Source: an uncultured Actinomycetota bacterium (GTDB lineage Bacteria > Actinomycetota > Actinomycetes > Mycobacteriales > Mycobacteriaceae). From it: 64,000 bases of DNA. Positions 1 to 10,281 of this stretch are shown piece by piece; the stretch's first letter is position 1, and the number at the start of each line of letters is the position of its first letter. The stretch covers positions 98,096-162,095 of the forward strand of contig CAVYTD010000024.1 in NCBI GenBank assembly GCA_963771335.1. The letters run 5' to 3'. A model generated the notes under the pieces. That model saw only the letters and a list, made by a program, of their open reading frames with translations. It made no database searches and was not told the DNA's origin. The position numbers and the translations under genes were made by a program.

Positions 1-819
1 CGCCGATCGCCACCGACAGCACCCCCGCCGCGCTGGCCGCAGTCCGCTCCGGAGATGCCGAGTTCGCGTGCGTCCCGATCGAGAACTCGATCGAAGGATC
101 GGTGCTCCCGACGCTGGACAGCCTGGCCGACGGCACCGCCGCTGCAGATCTACGCCGAGCTGACACTCGACGTGTCGTTCACCATCGCTGTTCGTCCCGG
201 GACGGCGAGCTCGGATGTGCAGACCGTGGCGGCGTTCCCCGTCGCCGCCGCACAGGTGAAGCGCTGGCTGGCCGCAAATCTGCCGAAAGCCGAAGTCGTT
301 CCTGCCAATTCGAATGCCGCCTCGGCGCAGGATGTCGCCGCCGGCCGGGCGGACGCCGCGGTGAGCACCGCGCTCGCCGCGCAACGCTACGGCCTGGACA
401 CGTTGGCCGCGGGCATCGTCGACGAGCCCAACGCGCGCACCAGATTCGTCCTCGTCGGTCCTCCCGGCCCGCCGCCGAAGTGCACGGGAGCCGACCGGAC
501 ATCGGTGGTGCTGCGTCTGGACAACGTCCCCGGCGCGCTGGTGTCGGCGATGACGGAGCTGGCGATTCGCGACATCGACCTGACCCGCATCGAGTCCAGG
601 CCCACCCGCACCGAGCTCGGCACCTACGTCTTCTTCCTCGACTTCGTCGGGCACATCGACGACGACTCCGTCGCCGAAGCGCTCAGGGCGCTGCACCGCC
701 GATGCGCCGACGTGCGCTATCTGGGCTCGTGGCCGACGGGCGAGGCGGTGGGGGCGGCGCCGCCGCAGTTGGACGAGGCGGCGGCATGGCTGGATCGGCT
801 GCGGGAGGGCCGGTCGTGA
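1..819 (+). CDS. pheA: Prephenate dehydratase (5' truncated by window; 1-bp indel near 139)
   Basis: VPIENSIEG motif in the 5' frame; ARTRFVLV and ACT-domain DLTRIESRP..YVFFLD..YLGSW in ORF 55..819. Confidence 0.95.
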   Translation, partial: RRSPPTAPPPRWPQSAPEMPSSRASRSRTRSKDRCSRRWTAWPTAPPLQIYAELTLDVSFTIAVRPGTASSDVQTVAAFPVAAAQVKRWLAANLPKAEVVPANSNAASAQDVAAGRADAAVSTALAAQRYGLDTLAAGIVDEPNARTRFVLVGPPGPPPKCTGADRTSVVLRLDNVPGALVSAMTELAIRDIDLTRIESRPTRTELGTYVFFLDFVGHIDDDSVAEALRALHRRCADVRYLGSWPTGEAVGAAPPQLDEAAAWLDRLREGRS

Positions 820-1510
820 GCGGCCGGCTGGTGCTGGTGCGGCACGGACAGTCGCACGGCAACGTGGACCGACGCCTGGACACCCGCCCGCCCGGAGCCG
901 AACTGACCGATCTCGGTCGCGATCAGGCCAGGGCGTTCGCCGCGGGCCCTGCCCCGACCGCCGGCGATGATCGTGCACTCGATCGCCACCCGGGCCGTCC
1001 AGACGGCCCGCGAAATCAGTGCGAGTAACCAGCGCGTCCGCGGGCACGCACGAGTTCGAAGGCATTCACGAGGTCCAGGTCGGCGACCTGGAGGATCGCA
1101 GCGACGAGGACGCGCACGACGAGTTCAACGCCATCTACCGGCGCTGGCACGGCGGCGAGCTGAACCTCGCCCTGCCCGGCGGCGAGACGGCGCATCAGGT
1201 GCTCGACCGCTACCTGCCGGTGCTCGAGCAGCTCAGACTTCGCTACCTCGACGACGCCGCGTTCCACGGCGACATCGTGGTCGTCAGCCATGGCGCCGCC
1301 ATCCGGCTGGTCTCGGCGGTGCTGGCCGGCGTCGACGGGAGCTTCGCCATCGACCATCACCTGGCGAACACCGAATCGGTGGTGCTGGCCCCGATCACCG
1401 ACAGCCGCTGGAGCTGCGTGCAGTGGGGCGCGCTGACGCCACCGTTCGGCACCGCGCCCACAGTGACGATCAGTGGGGATTCGTTGCGCTCAGCCGACCC
1501 GATGGGCTGA
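816..1510 (+). CDS. Histidine phosphatase / phosphoglycerate mutase family (Rv3837c-like), with indels
   Basis: GTG overlaps pheA stop; LVLVRHG, GGET and VVSHG motifs lie in different frames. Confidence 0.88.
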
Positions 1511-1696
1511 GACCGCGCCGGAGGAGACCGGGTCGCACGCACAGCCGACGGCACTGCAGTCGAGGTGCAGCGCGTGCACCCGTCCGGGGTCGCGCACCCG
1601 TCTTCGGTGCATTCGGCCCGCAGGTAGGCGTGGTGAATGAGCGCACCGTGGCAGTGCTCCAGGCCTGCCCGGCACGCGCGGCATTCGACTGGTCAT
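1490..1696 (-). CDS. Small Cys/His-rich putative metal-binding protein (two compensating indels)
   Basis: Corrected reading MTVECRACRAGLEHCHGALIHHAYLRAECTEDGCATPD-VHALHLDCSAVGCACD. Confidence 0.65.
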   Translation of the reverse strand: MTSRMPRVPGRPGALPRCAHSPRLPAGRMHRRRVRDPGRVHALHLDCSAVGCACDPVSSGAVSAHRVG

Positions 1697-1755
1697 GATC
1701 CGTTCATAGCACTGAACGGCGACGACTTCGGGTTGCCGCGCGCGCGTTGCTTCCG

Positions 1756-2107
1756 TCAGGCCCAGCCCAACTCATGCAGCCGGTCGTCGTCGATTCCGAA
1801 GTGGTGGGCGATCTCGTGGATCACCGTGATGGCCACCTCGTCGACGACCTCGCGCCTCGCTGGCGCAGACGTCCTGCAACGCCTCGCGATAAATCGTGAT
1901 GGTGTCCGGCAGCGAGCCGGCGTACCACGAATCGCGCTCGGTGAGCGCGATGCCTTCGTAGAGGCCGAGCAGATCCGGCTCGTCGGCGTTGCGGTCGGCG
2001 ACCAGGATCACCACGTTGTCGATCGCCGAGGCCAGGTCGGGCGGTATCAGGTCGAGCGCGTCACCGACCAGCTCGTCGAACCGTTGCGGGGTCATCCGCA
2101 CGGCCAC
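1756..2107 (-). CDS. Zinicin-like metallopeptidase family protein (Rv3836-like), indel near 1855
   Basis: FDELVGDALDLIP, LLGLYEG, LPDTITIYR, and HEIAHH (HExxH) followed by LHELGWA-stop. Confidence 0.88.
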
Positions 2108-2111
2108 CGGG

Positions 2112-3566
2112 CTAGATCCCCGGCGGTGGCGGTGGCGGTGGCGGCAGCAGCTCGGCCGGCGGCGCCGGCGCGGGAGCGGGAACCGGCGCGGGTGGCGGCA
2201 GCTCGGCGGGCGGCGGCGGTGCCGGCGGCGGAACCTCGCCCGGCGGCGGTGCCGGCGGCAGAACCTCGCCCGGCGGTGGCGGTGGCGGCAGAACCTCGCC
2301 CGGCGGCGGCGGGGCGGGCGGCGGCGGACCGTTGAGGAAGGTGTTGCCGGCCCCCGCAGGGACGGCGTCTGTCGTCGGCGCCTGCTCGGTCTCAGTGGCA
2401 CCGGTGCCGGTCGACAGTTGCGGCATGTGCTGGGTCTGCTCGCTCGGGCTCTCGTCGTAGGTCGAGCCGGTCGAGCCGGTCGACCGAGACGAACTGCTGC
2501 TCGACGACGGGATGTCCGGCATCGGGATCGGCGGCAGATTGAGACGCTCTTCGGGAATGTCCGGCGGCGGAATGGGCGGCTGGCCGTTGATCATCAGCGG
2601 CCCCGTGGCGCTGTTCAGCAGCGTCGACCACCCGCCGTTGCCCAGCGTCGCGCCGATACTGCACGACACCTGGTGGCTGCCCGCCGCCCAGCTCGGAAGT
2701 GACACGGTGCTGTAGATCAGCGTCAGCGTGGTGTTCCGCAGCTGGATCGGTGCCAGATAGGCATCCGTCATCCTGGTGCAGGCGTCCTTGATGAACGTGT
2801 CCTGCTCGGGCTCCGGCGGAAGTCCGGCGGGGAACTTCTCGGCGAGGTCGACCGAGCCCGTCACCTCCATCGCATGCGGTGCCGCGCAGTCGACCGGGAT
2901 GTCGGTGGGCTGGTTCGTGGTCGGGTCGATGCCCAGGCATGTCCCCGCCGACCACACCTTGGACTGGTCGATCTCGGCGACCTTGCCCTCGAACGCCAGC
3001 TGCTGATTGTTGGGACCGGGCAGCTGCAGGCCGCACAGCATCCTGCGCTCGCCGGACTGCCGCCAGGCCTTGTCGCCGGACCACAGCATGCTGATGGTGA
3101 ACCGGCTGTTGGGGTCGAAGCGCGCACCCAGGTAGCGCTTCACGGCCGCCGAACACTGCTCCTGGCTGATCTGCTGAATCCGCGCCGCCGACGGGGGTGC
3201 GGCGTCGGGCCCGTACTCGCTGCCCGGGAAGGTGCGCATGTCCACTGATTCCGCGACCTCGAACCGGTGCTCGGCGGTGCAGTCGACGATCTCGGCCGCG
3301 TCGGGGGTGCGGTCCGGCCAGTCCAGGCAGTTGCCGCTCTTGGCATGATCGAATGTGTCGTTGCCGCGGGGGCCCAGCGAGATCGAGTTGGCGGTGAGGC
3401 TGCCCTGGTCCGATTGGGGCAGTGCGGTGATCACCCCGGCAATCAGAAGGCCGCCGAGCGCGGTGAGCAGCAGCGCGCGTCGGGTCGACTCGGCCTGGAA
3501 GCTGCGCCACCAAGCGTTCTTGGCCGGCGTCGAGCCTCCGCCTGAGGGTTCGGGTGCCTGCGACAT
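2112..3566 (-). CDS. Septum formation family membrane protein (Rv3835-like) with Pro-rich tail
   Basis: One TM segment, two Cys-paired repeats (VDC..EHRFEV, VDC..PHAMEV), divergent from serS. Confidence 0.88.
   Translation of the reverse strand: MSQAPEPSGGGSTPAKNAWWRSFQAESTRRALLLTALGGLLIAGVITALPQSDQGSLTANSISLGPRGNDTFDHAKSGNCLDWPDRTPDAAEIVDCTAEHRFEVAESVDMRTFPGSEYGPDAAPPSAARIQQISQEQCSAAVKRYLGARFDPNSRFTISMLWSGDKAWRQSGERRMLCGLQLPGPNNQQLAFEGKVAEIDQSKVWSAGTCLGIDPTTNQPTDIPVDCAAPHAMEVTGSVDLAEKFPAGLPPEPEQDTFIKDACTRMTDAYLAPIQLRNTTLTLIYSTVSLPSWAAGSHQVSCSIGATLGNGGWSTLLNSATGPLMINGQPPIPPPDIPEERLNLPPIPMPDIPSSSSSSSRSTGSTGSTYDESPSEQTQHMPQLSTGTGATETEQAPTTDAVPAGAGNTFLNGPPPPAPPPPGEVLPPPPPPGEVLPPAPPPGEVPPPAPPPPAELPPPAPVPAPAPAPPAELLPPPPPPPPGI
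2118..2330 (-). repeat. Coding Pro-rich tandem repeats (GEVLPPPPPP-like units)
   Basis: Repeated gaacctcgcccggcggcggtg units on the + strand. Confidence 0.75.
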
Positions 3567-3697
3567 CTGCTCTATTGTGACAGGCGTGTCGGGTGCTGTG
3601 ACAAGTGATGCAGTTGTAGCGTTATGCGGTTGTGCCGCGGCGGCGGCGACATCGGCGGTTGTACAGGGCGCCAGCGGCACCCCGTAGGGTTTTGCCC

Positions 3698-4963
3698 GTG
3701 ATCGACCTCAAGGTGCTGCGAGAGAACCCCGCAGCGGTGCGCGCATCACAACAGGCCCGCGGAGAGGATCCGGGTCTGGTCGATGCGCTGGCCGCGGCAG
3801 ACGCCGCACGGCGGGCCGCTGTCTCCGCTGCCGACAATCTGCGCGCCGAACAGAAGGCGGCCAGCAAGCTGATCGGCAAGGCCGCAGCTGACGAGCGCCT
3901 CGCGCTGCTGGTCGCCGCCAAGGAGCTCGCCGAGCGCGTCAAAGCTGCCGAGTTGACTCAGGCTGACGCCGAAAAGTCTTACACCGCAGCGCATATGGCG
4001 ATCTCCAATGTCATCATCGACGGAGTGCCCGCCGGCGGGGAAGACGACTTCATCGTGCTGGACACCGTCGGCGAGCCGCCGATCATCGACAACCCCAAGG
4101 ACCACCTCGACCTGGGCGAGGCACTGGGGCTGATCGACATGCAGCGCGGGGCGAAGGTCTCCGGCTCGCGGTTCTACTTCCTCACCGGCGTCGGAGCGCT
4201 GCTGCAACTCGGTCTGCTTCAGCTGGCGGTCCGGGTGGCACTGGAGAACGGGTTCACGCTGATGATCCCGCCGGTGCTGGTGCGGCCGGAGATCATGGCA
4301 GGCACCGGGTTCCTCGGTGCCCACGCCGAGGAGATCTACCACCTCGAGGAAGACGACATGTACCTCGTCGGGACCTCGGAGGTGCCGTTGGCCGGCTTCC
4401 ACTCCGGCGAGATCCTCGACCTGTCCCACGGACCGCTGCGGTATGCCGGCTGGTCGTCGTGCTTCCGCCGGGAGGCGGGCAGCTACGGCAAGGACACCCG
4501 CGGCATCATCCGGGTGCACCAGTTCGACAAGGTCGAAGGCTTCGTCTACTGCAAGCCGGAGGAAGCCGAAGCCGAGCACGAGCGCTTACTGGGATGGCAG
4601 CGCCAGATGCTCGCCCACATCGAGGTGCCCTACCGGGTGATCGACATCGCCGCCGGGGACCTCGGGTCGTCGGCGGCCCGCAAGTTCGACTGTGAGGCGT
4701 GGGTGCCGACCCAGCACACCTACCGCGAGCTGACCTCGACGTCGAACTGCACGACATTCCAGGCCCGTCGGCTGGCGGTGCGCTACCGCGACGAGAACGG
4801 CAAGCCCCAGACCGCCGCGACGCTGAACGGCACCCTCGCTACCACCCGCTGGTTGGTGGCGATCCTCGAGAACCATCAGCAGCCCGACGGCAGCGTCCGC
4901 GTTCCGGAGGCGTTGGTGCCCTATGTCGGAAGGTCCGTGCTCGAACCCGGGAGGAAGAAGTGA
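3698..4963 (+). CDS. serS: Seryl-tRNA synthetase
   Basis: [10 protein letters not shown] start; [38 protein letters not shown] motifs. Confidence 0.98.
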   Translation: MIDLKVLRENPAAVRASQQARGEDPGLVDALAAADAARRAAVSAADNLRAEQKAASKLIGKAAADERLALLVAAKELAERVKAAELTQADAEKSYTAAHMAISNVIIDGVPAGGEDDFIVLDTVGEPPIIDNPKDHLDLGEALGLIDMQRGAKVSGSRFYFLTGVGALLQLGLLQLAVRVALENGFTLMIPPVLVRPEIMAGTGFLGAHAEEIYHLEEDDMYLVGTSEVPLAGFHSGEILDLSHGPLRYAGWSSCFRREAGSYGKDTRGIIRVHQFDKVEGFVYCKPEEAEAEHERLLGWQRQMLAHIEVPYRVIDIAAGDLGSSAARKFDCEAWVPTQHTYRELTSTSNCTTFQARRLAVRYRDENGKPQTAATLNGTLATTRWLVAILENHQQPDGSVRVPEALVPYVGRSVLEPGRKK

Positions 4964-4974
4964 TCGATGTGGGC

Positions 4975-5778
4975 ATGATCGAACTGGACGATGACGAACT
5001 GCGGACGTGGTTCGGGTTCGGCGTCGCGGGCAACTTTGCCGGGCACCTGGATCAGGCGGGCGAGGCCGTCGACTTCGTCAACGTGATCTCCGAGGGTGAT
5101 GCCCCCAAGGGCATCTTCCCCTGGTACGCGCCGGGCTACGACGGTTTCCTCGGCGAGTTCCCGCTGTCGCACGACGCTATCAAGCTGCCCGAGAGTGACA
5201 CCCCCCTCAATCTGCAGATCGAGCCGGAGGTCGGGCTGGCCTGCGAGGTGAAGTGGGCGGGCGACACCGTGGCGTCGTTGCAGCCGTTCGCGCTCGGCGC
5301 CTTCAACGACTGTTCGATCCGGCGGCCGAACGCACCGAAGATCAGCAACAAGAAGAACTGGGGACCGGCGTCGAAAGGCGTTGCGCGGCAGTTCTTCGAC
5401 ATCGGCGATCTGACTCCCGACGGCCCCACCGCCACGCTGCGGCTGGTGTCCCACCTGCGCACCGCCGACGGTCGGGAACATGAGTACGGGGTCGACAGCC
5501 CGCTGCTGGGCTATTCGTATTACGGCGAGGTGCTGCTGGACTGGATCGTCGAGCGGTTGGCCAACCAGAAGGGCTCCCCGGACACCCCGCTGGAGGACGT
5601 CGGCGCCTTGATGGTTGCGAGCGGGCGTCCGACGAAACTGCTCATCGGGATCGGCGCCACCAGGTACACCCCGTTGGGCGAGTCGACGTACCTGCAGATC
5701 GGCGACCAGGCCATCGTGCGGGTATACGACACCGCCGGTGATAGCTATTCCGAACTTCGCCAGACGGTTTCGGGCTAG
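4975..5778 (+). CDS. DUF5718-like protein, probable FAH-superfamily fold
   Basis: GVAGNFAGH, QIEPEV and FNDCSIR motifs; in-frame GTG at 4960 overlaps the serS stop. Confidence 0.7.
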   Translation: MIELDDDELRTWFGFGVAGNFAGHLDQAGEAVDFVNVISEGDAPKGIFPWYAPGYDGFLGEFPLSHDAIKLPESDTPLNLQIEPEVGLACEVKWAGDTVASLQPFALGAFNDCSIRRPNAPKISNKKNWGPASKGVARQFFDIGDLTPDGPTATLRLVSHLRTADGREHEYGVDSPLLGYSYYGEVLLDWIVERLANQKGSPDTPLEDVGALMVASGRPTKLLIGIGATRYTPLGESTYLQIGDQAIVRVYDTAGDSYSELRQTVSG

Positions 5779-5788
5779 GGAACCCGAC

Positions 5789-6808
5789 GTGGGCGGCTCG
5801 GTGGCTCAGCTCTGGCGGTTCCCGGTCAAGTCCATGGGCGGCACCGCGATCGACGAAGTACGCATCGACCGGCGCGGTGTGCATGCCGACCGGCTGTGGG
5901 CGGTCCGGGATCTCGAGCGCGACATCACCGCGTCGGCACGGAAGGTGCCGGCGCTGCTGGGGTGTGCGGCGCGCTACGCGATCGAGCCGGGTCCGGACGC
6001 GGGTCCCGGGAATGTGCCCGACGTGATCATCACGCTCCCCGATGGCACCGAGCTGTCCAGTGCCGACCCCGAAATCGACCGGGCCCTGTCGAAGTTGCTC
6101 GGACGCGACGTGCGGTTGACCGCGCTGCCGCCGCGCGAGGACACCAGCCTGCACCGATTGTCGATCCGGCAGACCCGTGCCGGCTATTCGCCCGCCGAGG
6201 TGCGCCACGACTTCGGCCTGTCCGACGCGGAGGCGCTGCCCGACACGTCCGTGTTCACGGCAAAGCAGGTGCTCACCCTCGCCCGATACGCCACTCCGCC
6301 GGGAACTTTCGTTGATCTGAGTCCGGTGCACGTGCTCAGCACGACCAGCCTGGCGACGTTGTCTTCTGGGGCGGAGCCCGCGGCCACGCCCTACGACGTA
6401 CGCCGCTTCCGTCCCAACGTGCTGGTCGCTCTCGACACCGGGACGTGGGACGCGGGCGCGAAGGGCGACGGCTATCCGGAGGCCGCCTGGGTCGGCGGCG
6501 AGGTCGAGATCGGCTCGGTGGCCCTGCGAATCTCCAACCCGACCATCAGATGTGTGGTGCCCACTCGTCCGCAACCCGGGCTCGAACTCGACCGTGGACT
6601 GACCCGGCGGCTGGCCGAGTCCACCGAGCGCTTCCTCGGCGTGTACGCCGACGTCGCCACCCCCGGCGTGGTGCGGGTCGGGGATGCGGTCCGGGTGCGC
6701 GAGCCTGCGCCGCCGAGCGCGGTCCGGCGGACGGCGGCCGCGGCGAGCCGCGCCACGATGCGCCAGGTTCAACGCGTGCTGGAGGCCACCGTTCTGCGGG
6801 AGCGGTGA
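5789..6808 (+). CDS. MOSC domain protein
   Basis: LWRFPVKSMGG, DRLWAV, DVRRFRPNV, IRCVV (conserved Cys), GVYA..PGVVRVGD. Confidence 0.92.
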   Translation: MGGSVAQLWRFPVKSMGGTAIDEVRIDRRGVHADRLWAVRDLERDITASARKVPALLGCAARYAIEPGPDAGPGNVPDVIITLPDGTELSSADPEIDRALSKLLGRDVRLTALPPREDTSLHRLSIRQTRAGYSPAEVRHDFGLSDAEALPDTSVFTAKQVLTLARYATPPGTFVDLSPVHVLSTTSLATLSSGAEPAATPYDVRRFRPNVLVALDTGTWDAGAKGDGYPEAAWVGGEVEIGSVALRISNPTIRCVVPTRPQPGLELDRGLTRRLAESTERFLGVYADVATPGVVRVGDAVRVREPAPPSAVRRTAAAASRATMRQVQRVLEATVLRER

Positions 6809-6815
6809 CGCAGAC

Positions 6816-7157
6816 CTACCGCGACTGCCTCAGGAAGTCCTCGAGTAAGTCGACGAACTGACTGGGGTGCACGGGCGTGCACGCCGGATCCGGGTACGTC
6901 CCCGGCACATCGAGAGTGACCAGCGTCGACTTCAGCGGCCTGCGCACATCCAGTGGCAGCCAGCGCCGCAGATCAGAACTGCCCCAGACGCGGAACCGCT
7001 GCACGAACAGCCCGAGTGGGGTGGTGCGGTAACCGCGGATGTCGCGCAGCGGGATGATCTTCGACGTCCCTGACGGAAAGTGGTAACGACGCAGCGTGAG
7101 CGCCTCCTGATCCAGCTGGATCAGGCCGTCGTCATAGAACCGCGGTCGGGCGCTCAT
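6816..7157 (-). CDS. Conserved hypothetical protein (Rv3819-like)
   Basis: FYDDGLIQLD..LRRYHFPSGT..RRWLPLD; overlaps the stop of the Rv3818-like gene. Confidence 0.85.
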   Translation of the reverse strand: MSARPRFYDDGLIQLDQEALTLRRYHFPSGTSKIIPLRDIRGYRTTPLGLFVQRFRVWGSSDLRRWLPLDVRRPLKSTLVTLDVPGTYPDPACTPVHPSQFVDLLEDFLRQSR

Positions 7158-8704
7158 AGCTTCGCGGACCGCAGTTCGTGGCCCTTCGAGGTCAGGCACC
7201 TGCCGTTCTGCAGATTCCACTGCCACCCGTGCAGATTGCACGTCAAGGTGGTGCCCTCCACCACACCGAACTTCGACAGGTCGGCTTTCAGATGCGGACA
7301 GCGGCGCTGAATCTCCCAGCCGTCCAAAGTAATCGATGCGGAATCGTCATGGGTCTCGGCGAACCAGCCGTCGGCGTAGGCGATTCGCTCGTCTGTCAGA
7401 CACTTGAAGAACGTGTACAGGTACTCGTTGAAGCCGCCGACGCGCCACGCCTTGAACCGGGTGGACAGGAAGACGGTGTTCACCCAGTCGGGTTCCTGAT
7501 CGCGAACCACCGTCCGTACCAACTCGGGCGCGATCTCGAAACCGTAGCGGAATTTCTCATCCGGAATCGCTTCGCGTACCGCACGTTTCGGAAAGTCCAG
7601 GACCACTGTTTCAGGACCGATGCGCAGCTCCACCGGGTAGCCGATGCCGTCGCAGATCTGGTCGCTGGCGAGCATGATCGGTTCGAACAGGTCGCGCAGC
7701 GGCTCCAGCAACGGCTCTCCGGCCGCGGGCGCCCAGCCGGCCTTCTCGGCGGCGAGCACCGGTGCCATCCGCTCGGCGTATGCGGCGATGTAGTCGGCCT
7801 TGCCGGTGGTGAAGATCGAGCGCGCGTCGTCGTCGGGAATCGGGTGGGTGAGCGAATTGCATTGCGAGCCGCTGAAATCAGCGGTTGATCCGGGGATCAT
7901 CAGTAGGCCGCCCTGGTGGCCGTGGGCCCTCATCTGGTCCAGGAAGACCACCTGATCGGGGAAGATGTTGGCCGGATCGCCGTGGTCGTCGTTGAGGTCG
8001 CGAAGGTCGGCATCGAGGAAGCAGGGCGGGCCGGCCGACGGGATCACCCAGGTCGCGCCGACCTGGGCGATGTACTGCCTGCAGCGGTCCATCTGGCGCT
8101 GGCGCTTCTGAATGCCGAACGCGTCCTTGGCCCGGGCAGGCATGTCGTAGACCATCGGGTACCAGATCGCCCCCGAGTACTGCAGCATGTGCACGTCGAC
8201 CTGGCCGAAATCGGCGTGCAGAACCTCGAGATCGATGGGCCGGGCGTCGTTCATGTTGAAGACCACGGTCTCACCGTCGTCGACGACCAGGCCGGAGTCG
8301 CCGATGGGGCCGTCGGCGGGCGCGCGCAGGGCGATGATCATCACATCCAGATCGCCCTTGGGTCCGCTCACCCGGTGCTTGACCGAGTTGGTGGTGTCGA
8401 AGAACGAGTGAAACCCCAGCTTCTCCAGTTCGCGCCGCAGATCGGGGACCGGGAAGTCCGGCAGCAGGACGACGGCGTCCTTGTTGACGTGCTCGCGCAG
8501 GTTCTGCGGATCGAAGTGGTCCTTGTGCAAGTGGGAGACGTACAGGTAGTCCACGTCGCCCAGCGCTGCCCAGTCCAGTCCGCTGTTGTCGGGGAACGGG
8601 AACCAGGAGGCGAAGTACGCGGGATTCACCCAGGGGTCGCACAGGATGCTTCCGGCCTTGGTGTCGATGCGGAAGCCGGCGTGCCCGACGCTCGTGACCT
8701 GCAC
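7154..8704 (-). CDS. MBL-fold protein with C-terminal Rieske [2Fe-2S] domain (Rv3818-like)
   Basis: SHLHKDH motif; CPH...CNLHGW Rieske ligands. Confidence 0.92.
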   Translation of the reverse strand: MQVTSVGHAGFRIDTKAGSILCDPWVNPAYFASWFPFPDNSGLDWAALGDVDYLYVSHLHKDHFDPQNLREHVNKDAVVLLPDFPVPDLRRELEKLGFHSFFDTTNSVKHRVSGPKGDLDVMIIALRAPADGPIGDSGLVVDDGETVVFNMNDARPIDLEVLHADFGQVDVHMLQYSGAIWYPMVYDMPARAKDAFGIQKRQRQMDRCRQYIAQVGATWVIPSAGPPCFLDADLRDLNDDHGDPANIFPDQVVFLDQMRAHGHQGGLLMIPGSTADFSGSQCNSLTHPIPDDDARSIFTTGKADYIAAYAERMAPVLAAEKAGWAPAAGEPLLEPLRDLFEPIMLASDQICDGIGYPVELRIGPETVVLDFPKRAVREAIPDEKFRYGFEIAPELVRTVVRDQEPDWVNTVFLSTRFKAWRVGGFNEYLYTFFKCLTDERIAYADGWFAETHDDSASITLDGWEIQRRCPHLKADLSKFGVVEGTTLTCNLHGWQWNLQNGRCLTSKGHELRSAKL

Positions 8705-8742
8705 AGATATCCTTTCTGGTGACTACTCGATCGGGTCCAAGC

Positions 8743-9447
8743 TTAACCGGACAGGACAGGCTCGTCGTTCCAGCGACCCCGGTAGTGGGCGATACGCTCT
8801 CGGTCGGGCGTCACCCCGTACGCGTCGAGCAGCACGGCTTCCCAATCCCGGTCTTCCGCACTCGGGTAATTCCAGTCCAGCGACAGCGTCGCAATCGCCA
8901 GGTCCGCCCAACGGTCGGCGACACCGAGGTCACCGAGGTCGACGTGCCCGCTGCAGGAGCCGTCATCGGTCATCAGTGTGTTGGGTGCGCAGGCGTCGCC
9001 GTGGCACACCACCAGCCGGTCGGCGGACGGCGCGGCCGCACCCACCCAGGAGGGCGGTCCGAACGGGCAGTCCGCAACCGGCAGCGCATCGTGCAGCATC
9101 CGCAGACCCGCGCCGATCGCCCGCGCCGCCACCTCGGGGCGGCCGGCCCACAGCGGGTCCACCGCCGAGCGTCCGGGCAGCGCCGCGGTGTGCAACCATC
9201 CCGGTCCCCAATCGATGACAGTCGGCACGCCCGCGTAGCGGCGCGCCCAGCGCAGCCGCGGCACCTCGTCGGCCAGCAGGTGCGCCGCGGCGGCGGGGTA
9301 GGCCTTGACGTACTCCGCGGCAGGCTGCGAACCGATCGCGAACGTCACGCCGCCGAGCTCGTTGACCCACACCGCCGTCGTGGGCCGGCCCCCGGCGATC
9401 TCGACGACGACGGCAGGCACCGGCACCGGTCCAGTCGGAGCACTCAT
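8743..9447 (-). CDS. Aminoglycoside phosphotransferase-family protein (Rv3817-like)
   Basis: VWVNELGGVT, VCHGDACAPN, VDLGDLGVADRWADL. Confidence 0.9.
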   Translation of the reverse strand: MSAPTGPVPVPAVVVEIAGGRPTTAVWVNELGGVTFAIGSQPAAEYVKAYPAAAAHLLADEVPRLRWARRYAGVPTVIDWGPGWLHTAALPGRSAVDPLWAGRPEVAARAIGAGLRMLHDALPVADCPFGPPSWVGAAAPSADRLVVCHGDACAPNTLMTDDGSCSGHVDLGDLGVADRWADLAIATLSLDWNYPSAEDRDWEAVLLDAYGVTPDRERIAHYRGRWNDEPVLSG

Positions 9448-9501
9448 CGTGTCGCCGTCCCTGTCTGTGTCCGGGTGCGTCAGCGCACTACGCTGTCGGC
9501 T

Positions 9502-10278
9502 GTGGAACCGGTATACGGCACAGCCATCCAGCTCGCCCGCCTGGTCTGGCGGGCGCAGGGCCTGACCTTCACCGTCACCGGCGTGGAGAACCTGCCGCGC
9601 ACCGGCGGGGCGGTGATCGCGATCAACCACACAAGCTACTTCGACTTCACGTTCGCCGGGCTTCCCGCCTATCAGCAGCGCCTCGGACGCAAGGTGCGGT
9701 TCATGGCGAAGAAGGAGGTCTTCGACAGCAAGATGACCGGACCGCTGATGCGCGGCATGCGGCACATCGAGGTGGACAGGAACAGCGGTGCGGGCTCCTT
9801 CGAGGAGGCCTGCCGCAGGCTCAAGGAGGGCGACTGGGTCGGCGTCTATCCCGAGGCCACGATCAGTCGCAGCTTCGAGATCAAGGAGTTCAAATCGGGC
9901 GCAGCACGCATGGCCATCGCCGCAGGCGTACCCATCGTGCCGCACATCGTGTGGGGCGCCCAGCGCATCTGGACCAAGGACCACCCCAAGAAGATGTGGC
10001 GCCCGAAGGTCCCCATCTCCATCGCGGTGGGCAAACCCATCGAGCCGACGCTGCCCGCTGCCGAACTGACCGCTCTGCTGCACTCCCGCATGCAGCACCT
10101 GCTCGACGAGGTGCAGGACGCCTATGGCCTGTACCCGCCGGGCGAGTTCTGGGTGCCGCACCGGCGGGGTGGCGGTGCGCCGACGCTGGCCGAGGCCAAC
10201 CGCCTGGACGCCGAGGAAGCCGCCGCGAAGGCAGCGCGACGGGCTCAAGGCAACAGCTCCACCGAGGCGCCGGGGTAA
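9502..10278 (+). CDS. 1-acylglycerol-3-phosphate acyltransferase (Rv3816c-like)
   Basis: NHTSYFD (HX4D), FMAK and YPEAT motifs. Confidence 0.92.
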   Translation: MEPVYGTAIQLARLVWRAQGLTFTVTGVENLPRTGGAVIAINHTSYFDFTFAGLPAYQQRLGRKVRFMAKKEVFDSKMTGPLMRGMRHIEVDRNSGAGSFEEACRRLKEGDWVGVYPEATISRSFEIKEFKSGAARMAIAAGVPIVPHIVWGAQRIWTKDHPKKMWRPKVPISIAVGKPIEPTLPAAELTALLHSRMQHLLDEVQDAYGLYPPGEFWVPHRRGGGAPTLAEANRLDAEEAAAKAARRAQGNSSTEAPG

Positions 10279-10281
10279 GCG

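Noticed and set aside
6445-6472. cgcgggcgcgaagggcgacgg in the MOSC gene as a further mini-element copy
   Set aside because: Only loose similarity to the GCGNAGC element and no second copy in the window.
8743-9447. Acquired aminoglycoside-resistance gene
   Set aside because: Syntenic Rv3817-type chromosomal gene with no mobile context.
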